Shown here: piece by piece, positions 29,136 through 40,161 of the stretch | How positions within the stretch are numbered: position 1 is the stretch's first letter | Layout: every line of letters begins with the position of its first letter | From: Acidobacteriota bacterium | GTDB taxonomy: Bacteria > Acidobacteriota > Blastocatellia > RBC074 | DNA length: 64,000 nucleotides | Assembly (NCBI GenBank): GCA_043740245.1 | Contig: JAYUCP010000171.1 | Coordinates: 5,835 to 69,834, forward strand | Reading direction: 5' to 3' | Made by a program: the position numbers and the translations under genes | The notes under the pieces: generated by a model | Told to the model about the DNA's origin: nothing | Seen by the model: only the letters and a program-made list of their open reading frames with translations | The model's database searches: none

Positions 29136-30074
29136 ATGAGACAAGGGAATGGCTTTTCCGAAACGGCCTGGCTGATCTGGCTTTCGGGCGCGGGCTGTGA
29201 CGGTTGCACGCAAGCCTTGATTGGCGCGGCTGAGCCCAGCCTCGAAGATTTGCTCCTCGGCAATATCCCGGATGTGCCGCGCTTGGCGCTCATTCATCCG
29301 CAATTCGGCCCGCACTTTTTTACCCAACCCAAAAATTCATCCCGCTCAACCGGTTCGTTGCGGCCCGTCAATGAAAATTACTGGAAGCCGGGCGAGAGTT
29401 ACGAAACGCTCTTGCGGCGCGCGGCGGCGGGCGAATTGCACCCGTATCTATTGGTGTTGGATGGCGCGTTGTATGAGGAACCTGTCGCCACAAACGGCAG
29501 CTTTGCCCAAATTGGCGCTGACCGCGAAGGCCAGCCGCTGACGACCGCCAGTTGGTTAAAGCTGTTGGCCCCGCACGCCGAGGCCGTGCTGGCCGTAGGC
29601 AGTTGCGCTAGTTTCGGCGGCATGCCGGCGGCGACAGTTGACGCCACAGTTGCCAACGGCGTCGTGGTCAAAGGCATTGAAGACGTTTTGGGCAAGCAGT
29701 TCCGTAGCCAGAGCGACTTGCCCGTGATACATCTGCCGGGTTGTGCGCCGGCGGGTGAATGGATGCTTGAAACGCTGCATTACATTTTCTTGCACCTGGC
29801 ACACCTGGTGCCGCTCGACCTGGATGAAACCGGCCGGCCGCGCTGGTTATTCAACAAAGAAACCTATCCCTTGCCGCCGCGCGCTGATTATCCACCAGCG
29901 GCGGATTTCGACGCGGCGCGTTCACCCAAAGTGGCGTGTACTGTGCCCGCCCAGGGTTGGTTGCGCGGCTTGGGCGGATGCACGCGGATGGGCGGCAGTT
30001 GCATCGCTTGCACGGAGCGCAATTTTGCCGACCGGCATTTGCCGTTCGCGCGGCCTGATGCGTTTGCCGCTTAG
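29136..30074 (+). CDS. [NiFe]-hydrogenase small-subunit-like protein (cytoplasmic type, no Tat signal)
   Basis: LIWLSGAGCDGCTQALIG aligns with the small-subunit N-terminus (..ECTGCSES..). LAVGSCASFGGMPAA and PGCAPAGEW match the GxCAxxGG and PGCPP proximal-cluster motifs. The C-terminal cysteines are C-x17-C-x5-C-x2-C. No RR motif. Confidence 0.6.
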   Translation: MRQGNGFSETAWLIWLSGAGCDGCTQALIGAAEPSLEDLLLGNIPDVPRLALIHPQFGPHFFTQPKNSSRSTGSLRPVNENYWKPGESYETLLRRAAAGELHPYLLVLDGALYEEPVATNGSFAQIGADREGQPLTTASWLKLLAPHAEAVLAVGSCASFGGMPAATVDATVANGVVVKGIEDVLGKQFRSQSDLPVIHLPGCAPAGEWMLETLHYIFLHLAHLVPLDLDETGRPRWLFNKETYPLPPRADYPPAADFDAARSPKVACTVPAQGWLRGLGGCTRMGGSCIACTERNFADRHLPFARPDAFAA

Positions 30075-30195
30075 ATCGGATTTCAATTCGGTATACGGGA
30101 AATTGGTGGGACGATTTGGCTAATCGTCCCACCGGCTTCCTGGCCTGATTCAGCAGTTCAGTTTGACCGGCTGACTTGTAGGAAGAGAGGGATAC

Positions 30196-32052
30196 GTGAG
30201 TTTTCACGACGCAGTGCTAACCAGTGAGCGGACGGAAGCTGGGTTGGCGTCCGAACTGCGCTTCGACAATTTGCCTATCCGCAGCGCTGCCGAGGGCGGC
30301 TTCTCTCTCTGCGAGGGCGTTTGGCCAGAGCCGTTCAGCCTGAAAGGCGGCGCAGAACGGCGCGAACAGGCGCGCACGCGCGCGCAGGTGATTCAAGAGC
30401 TGCGCCAAAAGCCGGAAGTCCAGACCTTTGAAATTTCCACGCTGACACAAACCAGCAGCGGGCTGGGCCTGTACAGCGTGATTGATCTGGCGCAACGCAA
30501 AGTCTGGGACGCGCGCTTGAGCATGAATTTGCTGCGCGAGTTCGAGCCGCTGTTGCTGCAACGCCATCCTTCGGACGCGCTGCATTTCGCCAGCCGCGCG
30601 TGCGGGCGCGATAGCGGCGCGCAAACGATTGCCTCGATTATGGCGTTGGAGATGGCTTATGGCGTAACGCCGCCGCCGCTAGTGGTGTTGATTCGCAACC
30701 TGGGTCAATGCGCAGAGTTGATCGCCAACAATCTGTATAGCCTGTTTTTGCTGGCGGGCACCGATTACTCCGAAGCCGTGCTGAGCCGCTCGAATCCCGC
30801 GCTCTGGCGCAAGGCCCAACAGAGCGCCGCCCCCGGCGCGTTGCTGCACGGCATGCCGACCATCGCGGGCATTATGCTGGGTTTGAATCGTATGCAAGGG
30901 CATTTGCACAGCGAGGCCTGGCAGACGCTGCGCACGGCGCGCGAGTTGACGGCGATTCTCTTCGGCAAGTATCCGCATCCGACGACGCTTTATCCGGGCG
31001 GTGTTGGCATCAATGCGGACAAGGAATTATTCACGCAGGTGCTGGGCCGCGTGAATCAATTGCTCGATTTCAGCAAGCGCGTGCTGGCGCTCTGGAACGA
31101 CGTGATTAACTTCCTGCTCGAAAGCGAGCCGCGTTTCAAACGCGCGGGCGCGACCCCGGCGAATTTTCTGAGCGCGGGGCTGTGGGATGATCCGCAGAGT
31201 TACGATGCGAGCTTTGAAAATTGCAGCGCCTGGGGCGAACGGCGCGGCGCGACGCCCGGCGTCGTCATCAACGGCAGATTGCGGACGACGCGGCTGGCCG
31301 AGTTGAACCTGGGCGTAGAAGAGTTTGTCGAACATTCGTATTACCAACCGTGGGTGGGTGATTATTGCGATGTTGATTTGGCGGGCGCGCCGCTCTCGCC
31401 CTTCCATCCGTGGAATAAACAAACCTTGCCGCAACCGTCCGCGCGCGCCTGGCTGGGGCGTTATTCCTGGTTGACCGCGCCGCGCTGGGATCGCGAAACC
31501 GTCGAGACCGGCGCGCTGGCGCAATTGTGGATCACGGCGCTGGCGGGCTCCCTGGAAAGCGAATTCATCCATATCACAGGTCAGGGGCTGGAAATTGAAT
31601 TGCCGAAAGTTCAACTGCCCGCCTTTAGATTCACCTGGCAACTTCCAGCGCACCCGAACACCTTGGAGCGCGTGCGTGCCCGCGCCGCGCAAACGGCGTA
31701 TGCGGCGGTGATGGCATTTGAAATGTTGTTGCAGGCCTTCGATTACCTGCGGCGTCCCGGCCAGCGTGAACTTTCGGCGCCGTATCAAGTGCCGAAGCTG
31801 GCGATGGGCGTGGGCTTTGGTGAAAGCGGGCGCGGCCCGGCGCTGCATCATCTGTTGATCGCCGACAGCAAGCTGCTCAATTACCAATTGAGCACGCCGT
31901 TGAATTGGCTGGCCGCGCCGCGCGATTGTTACAGCGCGCTCGGCGTCATCGAAGCCGCCTTGATGAATACGCCGATTCTGGAAGAGTTTGCTGAGCCGGA
32001 CGCATTTACCGGCATTGATTTGCTGCGGACGATTCGCAGTTTCGATCCGTGA
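30196..32052 (+). CDS. [NiFe]-hydrogenase large-subunit-like protein lacking Ni-Fe ligand motifs (618 aa)
   Basis: AGAGAGGGA RBS plus GTG at 30196. SRACGRDSGAQTIAS aligns to the L1 motif RICGVCTxxHALAS. GESGRGPALHH and KLLNYQLSTPLNWLAAPRD match conserved large-subunit blocks. The protein ends ...LRTIRSFDP with a TGA stop exactly where DPCxxCxxH (L2) begins. Confidence 0.6.
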   Translation: MSFHDAVLTSERTEAGLASELRFDNLPIRSAAEGGFSLCEGVWPEPFSLKGGAERREQARTRAQVIQELRQKPEVQTFEISTLTQTSSGLGLYSVIDLAQRKVWDARLSMNLLREFEPLLLQRHPSDALHFASRACGRDSGAQTIASIMALEMAYGVTPPPLVVLIRNLGQCAELIANNLYSLFLLAGTDYSEAVLSRSNPALWRKAQQSAAPGALLHGMPTIAGIMLGLNRMQGHLHSEAWQTLRTARELTAILFGKYPHPTTLYPGGVGINADKELFTQVLGRVNQLLDFSKRVLALWNDVINFLLESEPRFKRAGATPANFLSAGLWDDPQSYDASFENCSAWGERRGATPGVVINGRLRTTRLAELNLGVEEFVEHSYYQPWVGDYCDVDLAGAPLSPFHPWNKQTLPQPSARAWLGRYSWLTAPRWDRETVETGALAQLWITALAGSLESEFIHITGQGLEIELPKVQLPAFRFTWQLPAHPNTLERVRARAAQTAYAAVMAFEMLLQAFDYLRRPGQRELSAPYQVPKLAMGVGFGESGRGPALHHLLIADSKLLNYQLSTPLNWLAAPRDCYSALGVIEAALMNTPILEEFAEPDAFTGIDLLRTIRSFDP

Positions 32053-32056
32053 CTGT

Positions 32057-32200
32057 TGAAGTCAAAAAAGACTTTCACCACGAAGCAAACGAAGGAAACG
32101 AAGAAAAGAGGCAGCTTTTCTGGCAGGCTTCCCAAATTCTTCGTGTTCTTCGTTTCTTCGTGGTCGCAGTTCTTGAAGTCTTTACGACCCCAAATGATCC
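32057..32200. other. AT-rich long imperfect stem-loop immediately 3' of the hydrogenase-like gene
   Basis: Left arm aaagactttcaccacgaagcaaacgaaggaaacgaagaa pairs with right arm ttcttcgtgttcttcgtttcttcgtggtcgcagttcttgaagtcttt. Local GC is far below the window average. A strong RBS ATAAGGAGG for the kinase gene follows. Confidence 0.4.
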
Positions 32201-32235
32201 TGCATCCCTGATGTGCCCTGATAAGGAGGCAGCCC

Positions 32236-35200
32236 ATGCGATTACCCAGTTGGAAGTTCAAAAATAACGAGACCGAGATTCAAGACAAGCTGCAACAAGA
32301 GACGGCCTGGCCGGATATGTTCGCCAATTTGCAAAGCGCGTATGCCGAGTTGACCAACGCACAATTTGAACTGGAGCGGCGCGCCTCTGAAATCGCCGAG
32401 ACGCGCGACCTGGTGCAACAGATCATCTCTTCGATGTCAGAGGCCTTGTTCCTGACCGACCGCGCGGGCCGTGTCGTGCGCGCCAATCCGGCGGCGGCGG
32501 CGCTGTTGGGCTGCAACGAAGAAGCCATTCTGGGCCGCTTGCTTTCGGTCGTTTGCAACAACGAAGAAATTCCGGCGACCCCGTGGAAGCTGATGGAAAT
32601 GGCGAATGGCGGGCGCACCGTCACGCTGGACATTGACGTGCGGCCCCCCGAAGGCCAGATGATTCCGGTCAGCTTCTCACTGACGTTGATGCACGACAAA
32701 CAGGACAAGATCACCGGTGTGCTGGCCGTGGCGCGCGATATGCGCGAACAGCGGCGCCTGATTCACAGCCTCGTCTCGGCCCGCACGCGCTTTCAGGAAT
32801 TGCTCGAATTCGCGCCCGACGCCATCGTGCTGGCGAACCAGGAAGGCAACATCGTGCTGGTCAATTCGCAAACCGAAAAGCTCTTCGGTTACAACCGCGA
32901 AGCCCTGCTCGGCCAAAGCGTAGAGTTGCTGGTGCCCGAACGCTATCGCAAAAAAAATGGCGCAGCGGCGGCGGCTGAAACGGACGGCAACGGCGATCTC
33001 AGCGATCTGAGCGGCATCCTGGAAAACCAGACTGAGAATCGCAACGCGCTGATCTTGCAAAACGCCGATGAAAGCGCGCAGCAAATCGAATTTTATGTCG
33101 TGGACGCGCGGGGCCGCGAATTTCTGACCGAGATCACCCAGCGCCCCATCGTCACCGAAGACGGGCTGTTGCTGATGAGCGTCATCCGCGACGTCAGCGA
33201 ACGGCAGCGCATTCAACAGGAATTACACAACAGCGAAGCCCGTCATCGCGCGCTGGCCGAAACCGCGCAGGATGTGATTCTGACGATGGATGCCGAGCGC
33301 ACCATTCGCTTTGTCAATTCGGCGGTAATGCGGGTTTTCAACTACCAGCCCGAAGAATTGATCGGCAAATCAGCCAGCGTGTTGTTGCCCAATAGTGGCG
33401 GGCCGGAAACCGCGCGCGCGCCGGTCGGCACCGGCAAATTGCGGCAGGATAGTTCGCGGCAGGAAACGATCGCGCTCTGCAAAGACGGCAGCGAAGTCCT
33501 GGTTGAAATCTCGCACAGCCAATTCAAGCAACAGGGGCAGGTGCTTTACACCGCCTTCATCCGCGACATCACCGAGCGCCGCCGCATTGAGGGCAAGTTG
33601 CGCGAGAGCGAAGAGCGTTATCGCAACGTCGCGCTCACGGCGTCGGAAGTGATCGTCACGATTGACGAACAGATGGCGGTTCAATTCGCCAACCCGGCGG
33701 TCACGCGCGTCTTCGGTTACACGCCCGAAGAAATGATGGGCCAGCCGATCACCATGATTATCCCGCCGCAGTTGCAGGCCGCGCATACGGCTGGGATGGA
33801 GTGTTATCTGAAGTCGGGCGAGCGCAAGCTGAATTGGAACAGCATCGAAGTGCCCGCACAGCACAAGGACGGGCGCGAGCTACAGATCGAACTCTCCTTT
33901 AGCGAATTCAACCGCGAGCAGCGCCGCTACTTCACCGGCATCATCCGCGACATCAGCGACCGCAAGCGGATGGAACAGCAGATTCAAGAAAGCGAAGAGC
34001 GTTACCGCAACGTCGCGCTCACAGCGGGCGAAGCCATTGTGACCGTGGACGAAGACGACACGATTCAATTCGCCAACCCGGCCATCGCGCGCGTCTTTGG
34101 CCACGAGGCGCAAACCTTGCTCGGCCGCAAGGTCAGCGAATTGATGCCCGCTTACGACCAGCACATACACAAAGCCAGCGCGACCAATGGCTCGACCAAA
34201 CGCGGCTATGATTGGCAAGGCGTCGAATCGCGCGGCCTGCACCGCGACGGGCGCGAAGTTGCGCTCGAAGTTTCTTTCAACGAATTCACCCGCGCAGGCA
34301 AGCGGTTGCGCACCGGCGTCATCCGCGACATCACCGAGCGCAAGCGGGTCGAAGCGAAGTTGCGCCTGAACATGCGCGCGCTCGAAGCCAGCGCCTTCCC
34401 GATTTTGATTTCCGACGCGCTCGCGCCCGATATGCCGCTGAGCTATGTCAACCCGGCGTTTGAACGCACGACGGGTTACAGCGCCGCCGAGGTGCTCGGC
34501 AAAAACTGCCGCTTCCTGCACGGCGAGGAACGCGCGCAAACGGGTCTGGTTGAATTGCGCGCGGCGTTGCGCGAGGGCCGCGATTGCACGGTGACGCTGC
34601 GCAACTTCCGCAAAGACGGCACGCTGTTCTGGAACGAACTGACCGTCTCGCCAGTGCGCGACGCGCAAGGCAGGGTGACGCATTTTGTCGGCTTCGAGAA
34701 CGACATCACGGCCAAGAAAAATGCCGAACAGGCCGTGCTGGAAGCCACCGCCGTGCAACGCGCCATTCTCGATTTCGCCAGTTACGCGATTATTGCGACC
34801 ACGCCCGACGGCGTGATTACTACCTTCAATCCAGCCGCCGAAAAGTTGCTGGGTTACAGCGCCAGTGAGTTGATCGGGCAACAGAGTCTCGTCATTCTGC
34901 ACGACCCCAGCGAATTGGCTGACCGCGCGCAAACACTGGCCGCAGAGTTGGAACAAGCCGTTGCACCCGTAGGCACGCCCAATGTTGACGTGCTGTTTGC
35001 CAAGGCGCGCATGAATCAGCCCAATGAATCCGAATGGACTTACCTGCGCAAAGACGGCGCGCGCCTGCCCGTCAATCTTTCGGTTTCGGCGCTGCGCGAT
35101 GCGCACGGCGAACTCACCGGCTTCCTGGCGATTGCGAATGACATCACCGAACGCAAACGCGCGCAGGAACGCTTCACGCGGCAAACTGCTTTGCGCCTGG

Positions 35201-37464
35201 CGCTGTCAGAAGCGCTCGCCGATGCCACCGCCAGTCCGCAACAATTGCTCAGCCAGACGCTGGCAATCGTGGCTGAGCAGATGCAAGTCGAAATCGCGCG
35301 TTGTTGGTTGCGCGATGACCAGAGCGGTCAGCTTGAATTGCAAGCTTCCACTGGCACTGCACTGTTGACTGAAAGCGCGGCTTCGTCCGGCCACGAGACA
35401 TCCGCACAAGGGCGCATCGGGCAGATTGCGCGGGCGCGCAAACCGCTCCTCGCAAACAGTGCGGTTGGACTCTTTGAACACGGCGACAGCGATTCTGTGC
35501 TCATCGAATTGGATACACACTCCACCGCTCAGCGCGAGCAGGAATTTGCCGAGACCGCCGGGTTGACGGCCTTCGCCGGTTATCCGTTGCTGGCGGGTGA
35601 ACGGCTCTTGGGAGTTCTGGCAATTTATGCGCGCCAACCACTGGATGCCGACGTGCTGAGCGCCTTGGGTGCTGCTGCGGATGCGCTGGTGCTCGGACTC
35701 GAACGCCAACGCGCGCAGGAAGAGCGTGCCCGCTTACAAGCCCGTGAGACGGCCCGTGCCAATCAGCACGCGGCGCTGCGCATTGAAATCAGCAGCGCGC
35801 TCAACCAACTCGACACCACCCTGCCAGCGATGTTGCAAGGCTGTGCCCAAGCTGTCGTCAATCATCTTGATGCCGCTTGTGCGCGCGTGTGGCTGGTGAA
35901 TGACAGCGGCGCGACCGTGGAATTGCAGGCAAACGCCGGGCTTGCCGCGCACACCGGTGAGGCGCACCAATCCGTCCCCGTCGGCAAAGCTGAAATCGGC
36001 TTGATTGCCGCAGAGCGGCAACCGCACTTAACCAATGATGTGTTGAATGATTCGCGCGTCGTTGACAAGGAATGGGCCGCGCGCGAAGGCTTGACGGCCT
36101 TTGCCGGGTATCCGCTGCTGGCGCAAGGCCGCGTGTTGGGCGTGCTGGCGATGTTTGCCAAACACGAACTCGAACCGGATACGTTCAACGCGCTGGCCGC
36201 TGTCGCCGATCAAATCGTGCTCGGCGTCGAACGCCACAAGGCCGAAGAGGCCCGCGCCGCGTTGCTGGCGAATGAGCAAGCCGCGCGCCGCGAAGCCGAA
36301 GAAGCCAGCCGCTTGAAAGACGATTTCCTGGCCATGATTTCGCACGAACTACGCGCGCCGCTCACGGCCATTCTGGGCTGGGCGCAAATGCTGCGCGCTG
36401 GCACCTTGGATCGCACCGCTGCTGAACGCGCCTTGGCGACGATTGAACGCAACGCCAAATCGCAAGCCCATCTGGTGGGCGATTTGCTCGACGCTTCGCG
36501 TATCGCCACCGGCAAACTGCGGCTGGACAAGAAGCCTTGCGAATTGCGCGAATTGATTGATGCGGCGATTGACGCCATCCGGCCTTCGGTCGAAGCCAAG
36601 AGCCTGCGGCTGCAAGTCGTGATGGAGCCCTGGGTCGGCCCCTTTGAAGGCGACCCCGAACGCATGAAACAGATCGTCTGGAATCTGCTCTCGAACGCGA
36701 TCAAATTCACCCCGCCCGCGGGCTTGATCGAAATCCGTTTGGAGAAGATGGAAAACCGCGCGTTGCTCATCGTGAGCGACACGGGCCAAGGCATCGAGCA
36801 GGAATTCCTGCCCTTGGTTTTTGACCGCTTCCGTCAATCAGACAGTTCGACCAAACGCCAACACGGCGGGTTGGGGCTGGGCCTGGCCATTGTGAAATCG
36901 CTGGTGGAAATGCATGGCGGTGCGATATACGCCTACAGTGGCGGGAAAGAGCAGGGCACTGATTTCATGGTGACCTTGCCCCTGTCCACGCCAAATGCCG
37001 AAACAACCGCGCAAGAACTCTGGGCCCCCAGCGATGACACGCGCGAATTGCGCGGCGTGGGCAGTCTGAAAGGGGTGCGCGCTTTGGTTGTGGATGATGA
37101 ACACGACACGCGTGAGATATTGGCGGTCATGCTGGGCCGCTTTGGCGCGGAAGTGCGCACGGGCGCTTCCGCCGCCGAAGGCTTGCGTCTGCTGAAATCC
37201 TGGCGGCCCGATTTGCTGGTGTCAGATATCGGCATGCCCGGTGAAGATGGCTACGCATTGATCGGCAAGCTGCGTGCGCTGCCGGTGGAAGAAGGTGGCG
37301 AAACGCCTGCGATTGCGCTCACCGCCTTCGCCAGTAGTCAGGATCGTCAGAAGGCGCTCGAAAGCGGTTTTCATGTCCACTTGGCAAAGCCGGTCGAGCC
37401 GGTCGAATTGGCGCGCATGGTCGCGCGCACGTTGGGCCGCAGCGAAGCCGGGATTGCGCTGTAA
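32236..37464 (+). CDS. Hybrid sensor histidine kinase: ~8 PAS/PAC + ~3 GAF + HisKA + HATPase_c + receiver (1742 aa)
   Basis: AAGGAGG RBS plus ATG at 32236. Multiple ..[15 protein letters not shown]....I.FANPA..RVFGY..EE..G.. PAS units. H-box [18 protein letters not shown] and G boxes [11 protein letters not shown] and [17 protein letters not shown]. The C-terminal receiver is [10 protein letters not shown]...[14 protein letters not shown]. Confidence 0.9.
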   Translation: MRLPSWKFKNNETEIQDKLQQETAWPDMFANLQSAYAELTNAQFELERRASEIAETRDLVQQIISSMSEALFLTDRAGRVVRANPAAAALLGCNEEAILGRLLSVVCNNEEIPATPWKLMEMANGGRTVTLDIDVRPPEGQMIPVSFSLTLMHDKQDKITGVLAVARDMREQRRLIHSLVSARTRFQELLEFAPDAIVLANQEGNIVLVNSQTEKLFGYNREALLGQSVELLVPERYRKKNGAAAAAETDGNGDLSDLSGILENQTENRNALILQNADESAQQIEFYVVDARGREFLTEITQRPIVTEDGLLLMSVIRDVSERQRIQQELHNSEARHRALAETAQDVILTMDAERTIRFVNSAVMRVFNYQPEELIGKSASVLLPNSGGPETARAPVGTGKLRQDSSRQETIALCKDGSEVLVEISHSQFKQQGQVLYTAFIRDITERRRIEGKLRESEERYRNVALTASEVIVTIDEQMAVQFANPAVTRVFGYTPEEMMGQPITMIIPPQLQAAHTAGMECYLKSGERKLNWNSIEVPAQHKDGRELQIELSFSEFNREQRRYFTGIIRDISDRKRMEQQIQESEERYRNVALTAGEAIVTVDEDDTIQFANPAIARVFGHEAQTLLGRKVSELMPAYDQHIHKASATNGSTKRGYDWQGVESRGLHRDGREVALEVSFNEFTRAGKRLRTGVIRDITERKRVEAKLRLNMRALEASAFPILISDALAPDMPLSYVNPAFERTTGYSAAEVLGKNCRFLHGEERAQTGLVELRAALREGRDCTVTLRNFRKDGTLFWNELTVSPVRDAQGRVTHFVGFENDITAKKNAEQAVLEATAVQRAILDFASYAIIATTPDGVITTFNPAAEKLLGYSASELIGQQSLVILHDPSELADRAQTLAAELEQAVAPVGTPNVDVLFAKARMNQPNESEWTYLRKDGARLPVNLSVSALRDAHGELTGFLAIANDITERKRAQERFTRQTALRLALSEALADATASPQQLLSQTLAIVAEQMQVEIARCWLRDDQSGQLELQASTGTALLTESAASSGHETSAQGRIGQIARARKPLLANSAVGLFEHGDSDSVLIELDTHSTAQREQEFAETAGLTAFAGYPLLAGERLLGVLAIYARQPLDADVLSALGAAADALVLGLERQRAQEERARLQARETARANQHAALRIEISSALNQLDTTLPAMLQGCAQAVVNHLDAACARVWLVNDSGATVELQANAGLAAHTGEAHQSVPVGKAEIGLIAAERQPHLTNDVLNDSRVVDKEWAAREGLTAFAGYPLLAQGRVLGVLAMFAKHELEPDTFNALAAVADQIVLGVERHKAEEARAALLANEQAARREAEEASRLKDDFLAMISHELRAPLTAILGWAQMLRAGTLDRTAAERALATIERNAKSQAHLVGDLLDASRIATGKLRLDKKPCELRELIDAAIDAIRPSVEAKSLRLQVVMEPWVGPFEGDPERMKQIVWNLLSNAIKFTPPAGLIEIRLEKMENRALLIVSDTGQGIEQEFLPLVFDRFRQSDSSTKRQHGGLGLGLAIVKSLVEMHGGAIYAYSGGKEQGTDFMVTLPLSTPNAETTAQELWAPSDDTRELRGVGSLKGVRALVVDDEHDTREILAVMLGRFGAEVRTGASAAEGLRLLKSWRPDLLVSDIGMPGEDGYALIGKLRALPVEEGGETPAIALTAFASSQDRQKALESGFHVHLAKPVEPVELARMVARTLGRSEAGIAL

Positions 37465-37781
37465 GCCAGATGCAAGCTGGCAATAATTTCATAGGCGCTC
37501 TTACGGCGATACCAGCGCAGATAGGCGCGGTGCTCGAAGCTGAGTTCAGAAGAAATTTTCAACGCTTGGCAACTTAAGGGTCGAGGAATGGCTCTGAGCG
37601 CGTGCCAATGGCTGAGTAGTGCCGAGCAAAAATACCGCAAAGGCCCTGCACGATCATTTTAAGTTTGAAAAAGAAGTCCTTCTGAGCTAATCTGCGTCCG
37701 CCCCGTGAGTAGTAACGCCTCTTGCATCCCGTGCCCCTTAGTTCATGGCCTTTGATCAGGTCACCTTCTGGAGGAAGAATT

Positions 37782-38417
37782 GTGAAGAATAAACTCCGAC
37801 GATTAGTAGTTGTCGTCCTGGGGCTGGCACTGTGCAGCTTTGGCGCTCCTTTGCCCTCACCAACGTTTGCCGGGACTGCTCCGAAAGCGAAAGCTGAAAA
37901 ATCAGACGAGACGAATCTGAAAGGGCAGTTAACCGTCAACGGTTCGGTCACGTTGAACGGCAAGCGCGCGATTACCGGCACTACGGTATTGAGCGATAGC
38001 CGTATCAGTGTGGCCTGTGCAACAGGGAACACTGCAACCATCAGCATAGGTAAGCTAGGCCGGATTGAATTATCACCTGGCGCGCAAATGGTCGTGCGTT
38101 TTTCAGGCGGTTTAATCAGTGGCGAACTGCTCACCGGTAAAGCAATGGTCAACAACGTGGCTGGAGTGAGAGTTTCAATTACCACACCGGCGGGAATGTC
38201 GGCTGCTGATGGTAAGGAGCCCGCCGCGTTAGCAGTGAACTCTCAAAAGGGCAGCCGTTGTAATCCGCTGGGCACCCAGAGTGGCAGCAGTACCCCTAAC
38301 GGCCCCTTAAGCCCTGGTGCAATCGCAGCACTGTTGGCTGGCGTGGGTGGCGCAGTCATCACGACCGCAGTGGCAGTTTCGCAGAAAGATTTTCCTGCAT
38401 CTTTTAGGCTTCCGTAA
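37782..38417 (+). CDS. Hypothetical secreted/membrane-anchored protein in lower-GC segment
   Basis: GGAGGAAG RBS plus GTG at 37782. N-terminal signal/TM LRRLVVVVLGLALCSFGA and C-terminal hydrophobic GAIAALLAGVGGAVITTAVAV. No recognised domain. Confidence 0.45.
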   Translation: MKNKLRRLVVVVLGLALCSFGAPLPSPTFAGTAPKAKAEKSDETNLKGQLTVNGSVTLNGKRAITGTTVLSDSRISVACATGNTATISIGKLGRIELSPGAQMVVRFSGGLISGELLTGKAMVNNVAGVRVSITTPAGMSAADGKEPAALAVNSQKGSRCNPLGTQSGSSTPNGPLSPGAIAALLAGVGGAVITTAVAVSQKDFPASFRLP

Positions 38418-38834
38418 GCTCGCGTGACATTATGTAAGCGCGTTGGGCCAGGTGCAAAGCCGCGTGGTTTTGCAGTAGTTCAAACCGGATAGTTGGCTTT
38501 GCACCCTGGTTCTGACCCGCAAGGGCGGCTCATCAAATATCAACCGGCATCGAAAATTCCCCGTAGACCTTTCACATCGCCGTTCCAACTACCGAAAGCC
38601 GTCCGTAATAAACGCTGGCGCTACCAACTCAATAACAGTATTTGATGAGCCGCTGTGGGCTGAGATAAAGGGCGTTCGTTTTAGCGCACAAGCAGGGTGC
38701 TTTGCTGGCTGCATCAGACACAGTCAGCCGCCGGTTGACCAGCACGTAACTTTCTGGACATCTAGAATCAAATCGTTGGACTATCCCCTAGACTCCGCTC
38801 CACCTCACCTGAGTGTAGTTGTAAGGTTATTCTC

Positions 38835-40103
38835 GTGATACTTATTCAAAAGCTTGACCGGCCTGCCGCCAAGCTGGCGGTATTGTTGCCGGTAGTTTTA
38901 CTGGGCGGCTTCATGCTCAGTGTGATTCGAGCGCATTTCGTCGTGCGGCAACTGTCCGATGTCCGTTTTACATTTGAACCAGGTGTCTTTGCGGCGGCGT
39001 TGAGCACGTGGCCGCAATCTGCCTGGTTGAATCTGGGGATGGCCAAAGCGCTGATCCGTGAGAAAGGGGATTTTGCCGCAGCCCTACCATATGCCGAACT
39101 CGCCGTGAAGTTGATGCCGCACAATGACGCGGCTTGGCAAGTTTTGGGACAAGCGCAGGATGGCAACGGCGAGGCCGCCGCGGCTGAAAAATCTTTGCAG
39201 CGGGCGGTCGAACTGGCGCCGCGTAACAGCGATGCCAATTGGGCGCTGGCAAATTTGCTGCTGCGCTTGAATCGGGTTGAAGAGTCCGTTCAACCGTTTG
39301 GCCGCGCGGGTGAAATGAATGCGAGCCTCTATCCGTTGGCCTTTGATCTGTTGTGGCAAGTTGGCGGGAAACGGTTGGACCTATTACGTGCAATAGCAGG
39401 CACGAAATTTGAAGCGCAGACGGCGCTGTTGCAGTTTTTCGCCGAGCAGAATTTGTTTGATGAAGCTGCTTCGCTATTCAAAACACTCGACCGGCGCAAG
39501 GCCAAATTAGATCCGCAGTGCGCGCAGTTCATTAACACCTTGATTGGGCGCAAACAATTCGCGTTGGCGCGGTCAGCCTGGCTTGATTTAGCAGGTGGCG
39601 CTGACCGGAGCGATGGCAATTTGCTTTGGAATGGCGGGTTTGAACTGCCGCCGGTTTTGCCGCCGTTAAATCAATTCGATTGGTTTTTGGGCGAGAGCAA
39701 GTTTGCGCGTTTTGGCTTTGAGGCTGAGCGCGGGCGCGCCGGGTCAGTGGCGTTGAAAGTTATTTTCCAGGGACGCGATACAACATCGCTCAATGGCGAA
39801 ACTTTTCAACTGGTGGCGGTGACGCCGGGTGTACAATACCGCCTCGAATGCTTTGCCAAAGCTGAGAATCTGGTGACGCCTGAAGGGCCACGGTTGGCGA
39901 TACGCAATGCCGGCGCAGTGTTGGCGACATCCGCCCCGGTCGAGCCGGGCAGCCAGGATTGGCAGCATTTGCAGCTTGTATTTACCGTCCCGCTGGAGAA
40001 TGCCGGAATCAATATCACCCTGGTCCGTATTCCCAAATACGCTTATGACGAGCCCACGAGCGGGGTGATCTGGTTCGATGATTTTGTGCTGCGCGCACAG
40101 TAG
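38835..40103 (+). CDS. Membrane-anchored TPR-like protein with C-terminal carbohydrate-binding-like beta-sandwich (tentative)
   Basis: N-terminal TM LAVLLPVVLLGGFMLSV. TPR-like helical repeats. The C-terminal NLLWNGGFE...GVIWFDDFVL resembles CBM4/9-type modules. Confidence 0.55.
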   Translation: MILIQKLDRPAAKLAVLLPVVLLGGFMLSVIRAHFVVRQLSDVRFTFEPGVFAAALSTWPQSAWLNLGMAKALIREKGDFAAALPYAELAVKLMPHNDAAWQVLGQAQDGNGEAAAAEKSLQRAVELAPRNSDANWALANLLLRLNRVEESVQPFGRAGEMNASLYPLAFDLLWQVGGKRLDLLRAIAGTKFEAQTALLQFFAEQNLFDEAASLFKTLDRRKAKLDPQCAQFINTLIGRKQFALARSAWLDLAGGADRSDGNLLWNGGFELPPVLPPLNQFDWFLGESKFARFGFEAERGRAGSVALKVIFQGRDTTSLNGETFQLVAVTPGVQYRLECFAKAENLVTPEGPRLAIRNAGAVLATSAPVEPGSQDWQHLQLVFTVPLENAGINITLVRIPKYAYDEPTSGVIWFDDFVLRAQ

Positions 40104-40161
40104 CTGAAATTTCGATTTGAGCCGCAGTGGCTACTGATAGCCTGCGGGACGCAAGCAACCA

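Noticed and set aside
32050-32052. Selenocysteine (TGA) at the L2 Cys position of the hydrogenase-like gene
   Set aside because: Read-through yields no CxxCxxH motif, and the L1 motif is already degenerate, so a true stop is more parsimonious.
33880-35184. 434-aa minus-strand ORF
   Set aside because: It lies antisense to the histidine-kinase gene and shows a high-GC third-position artefact.
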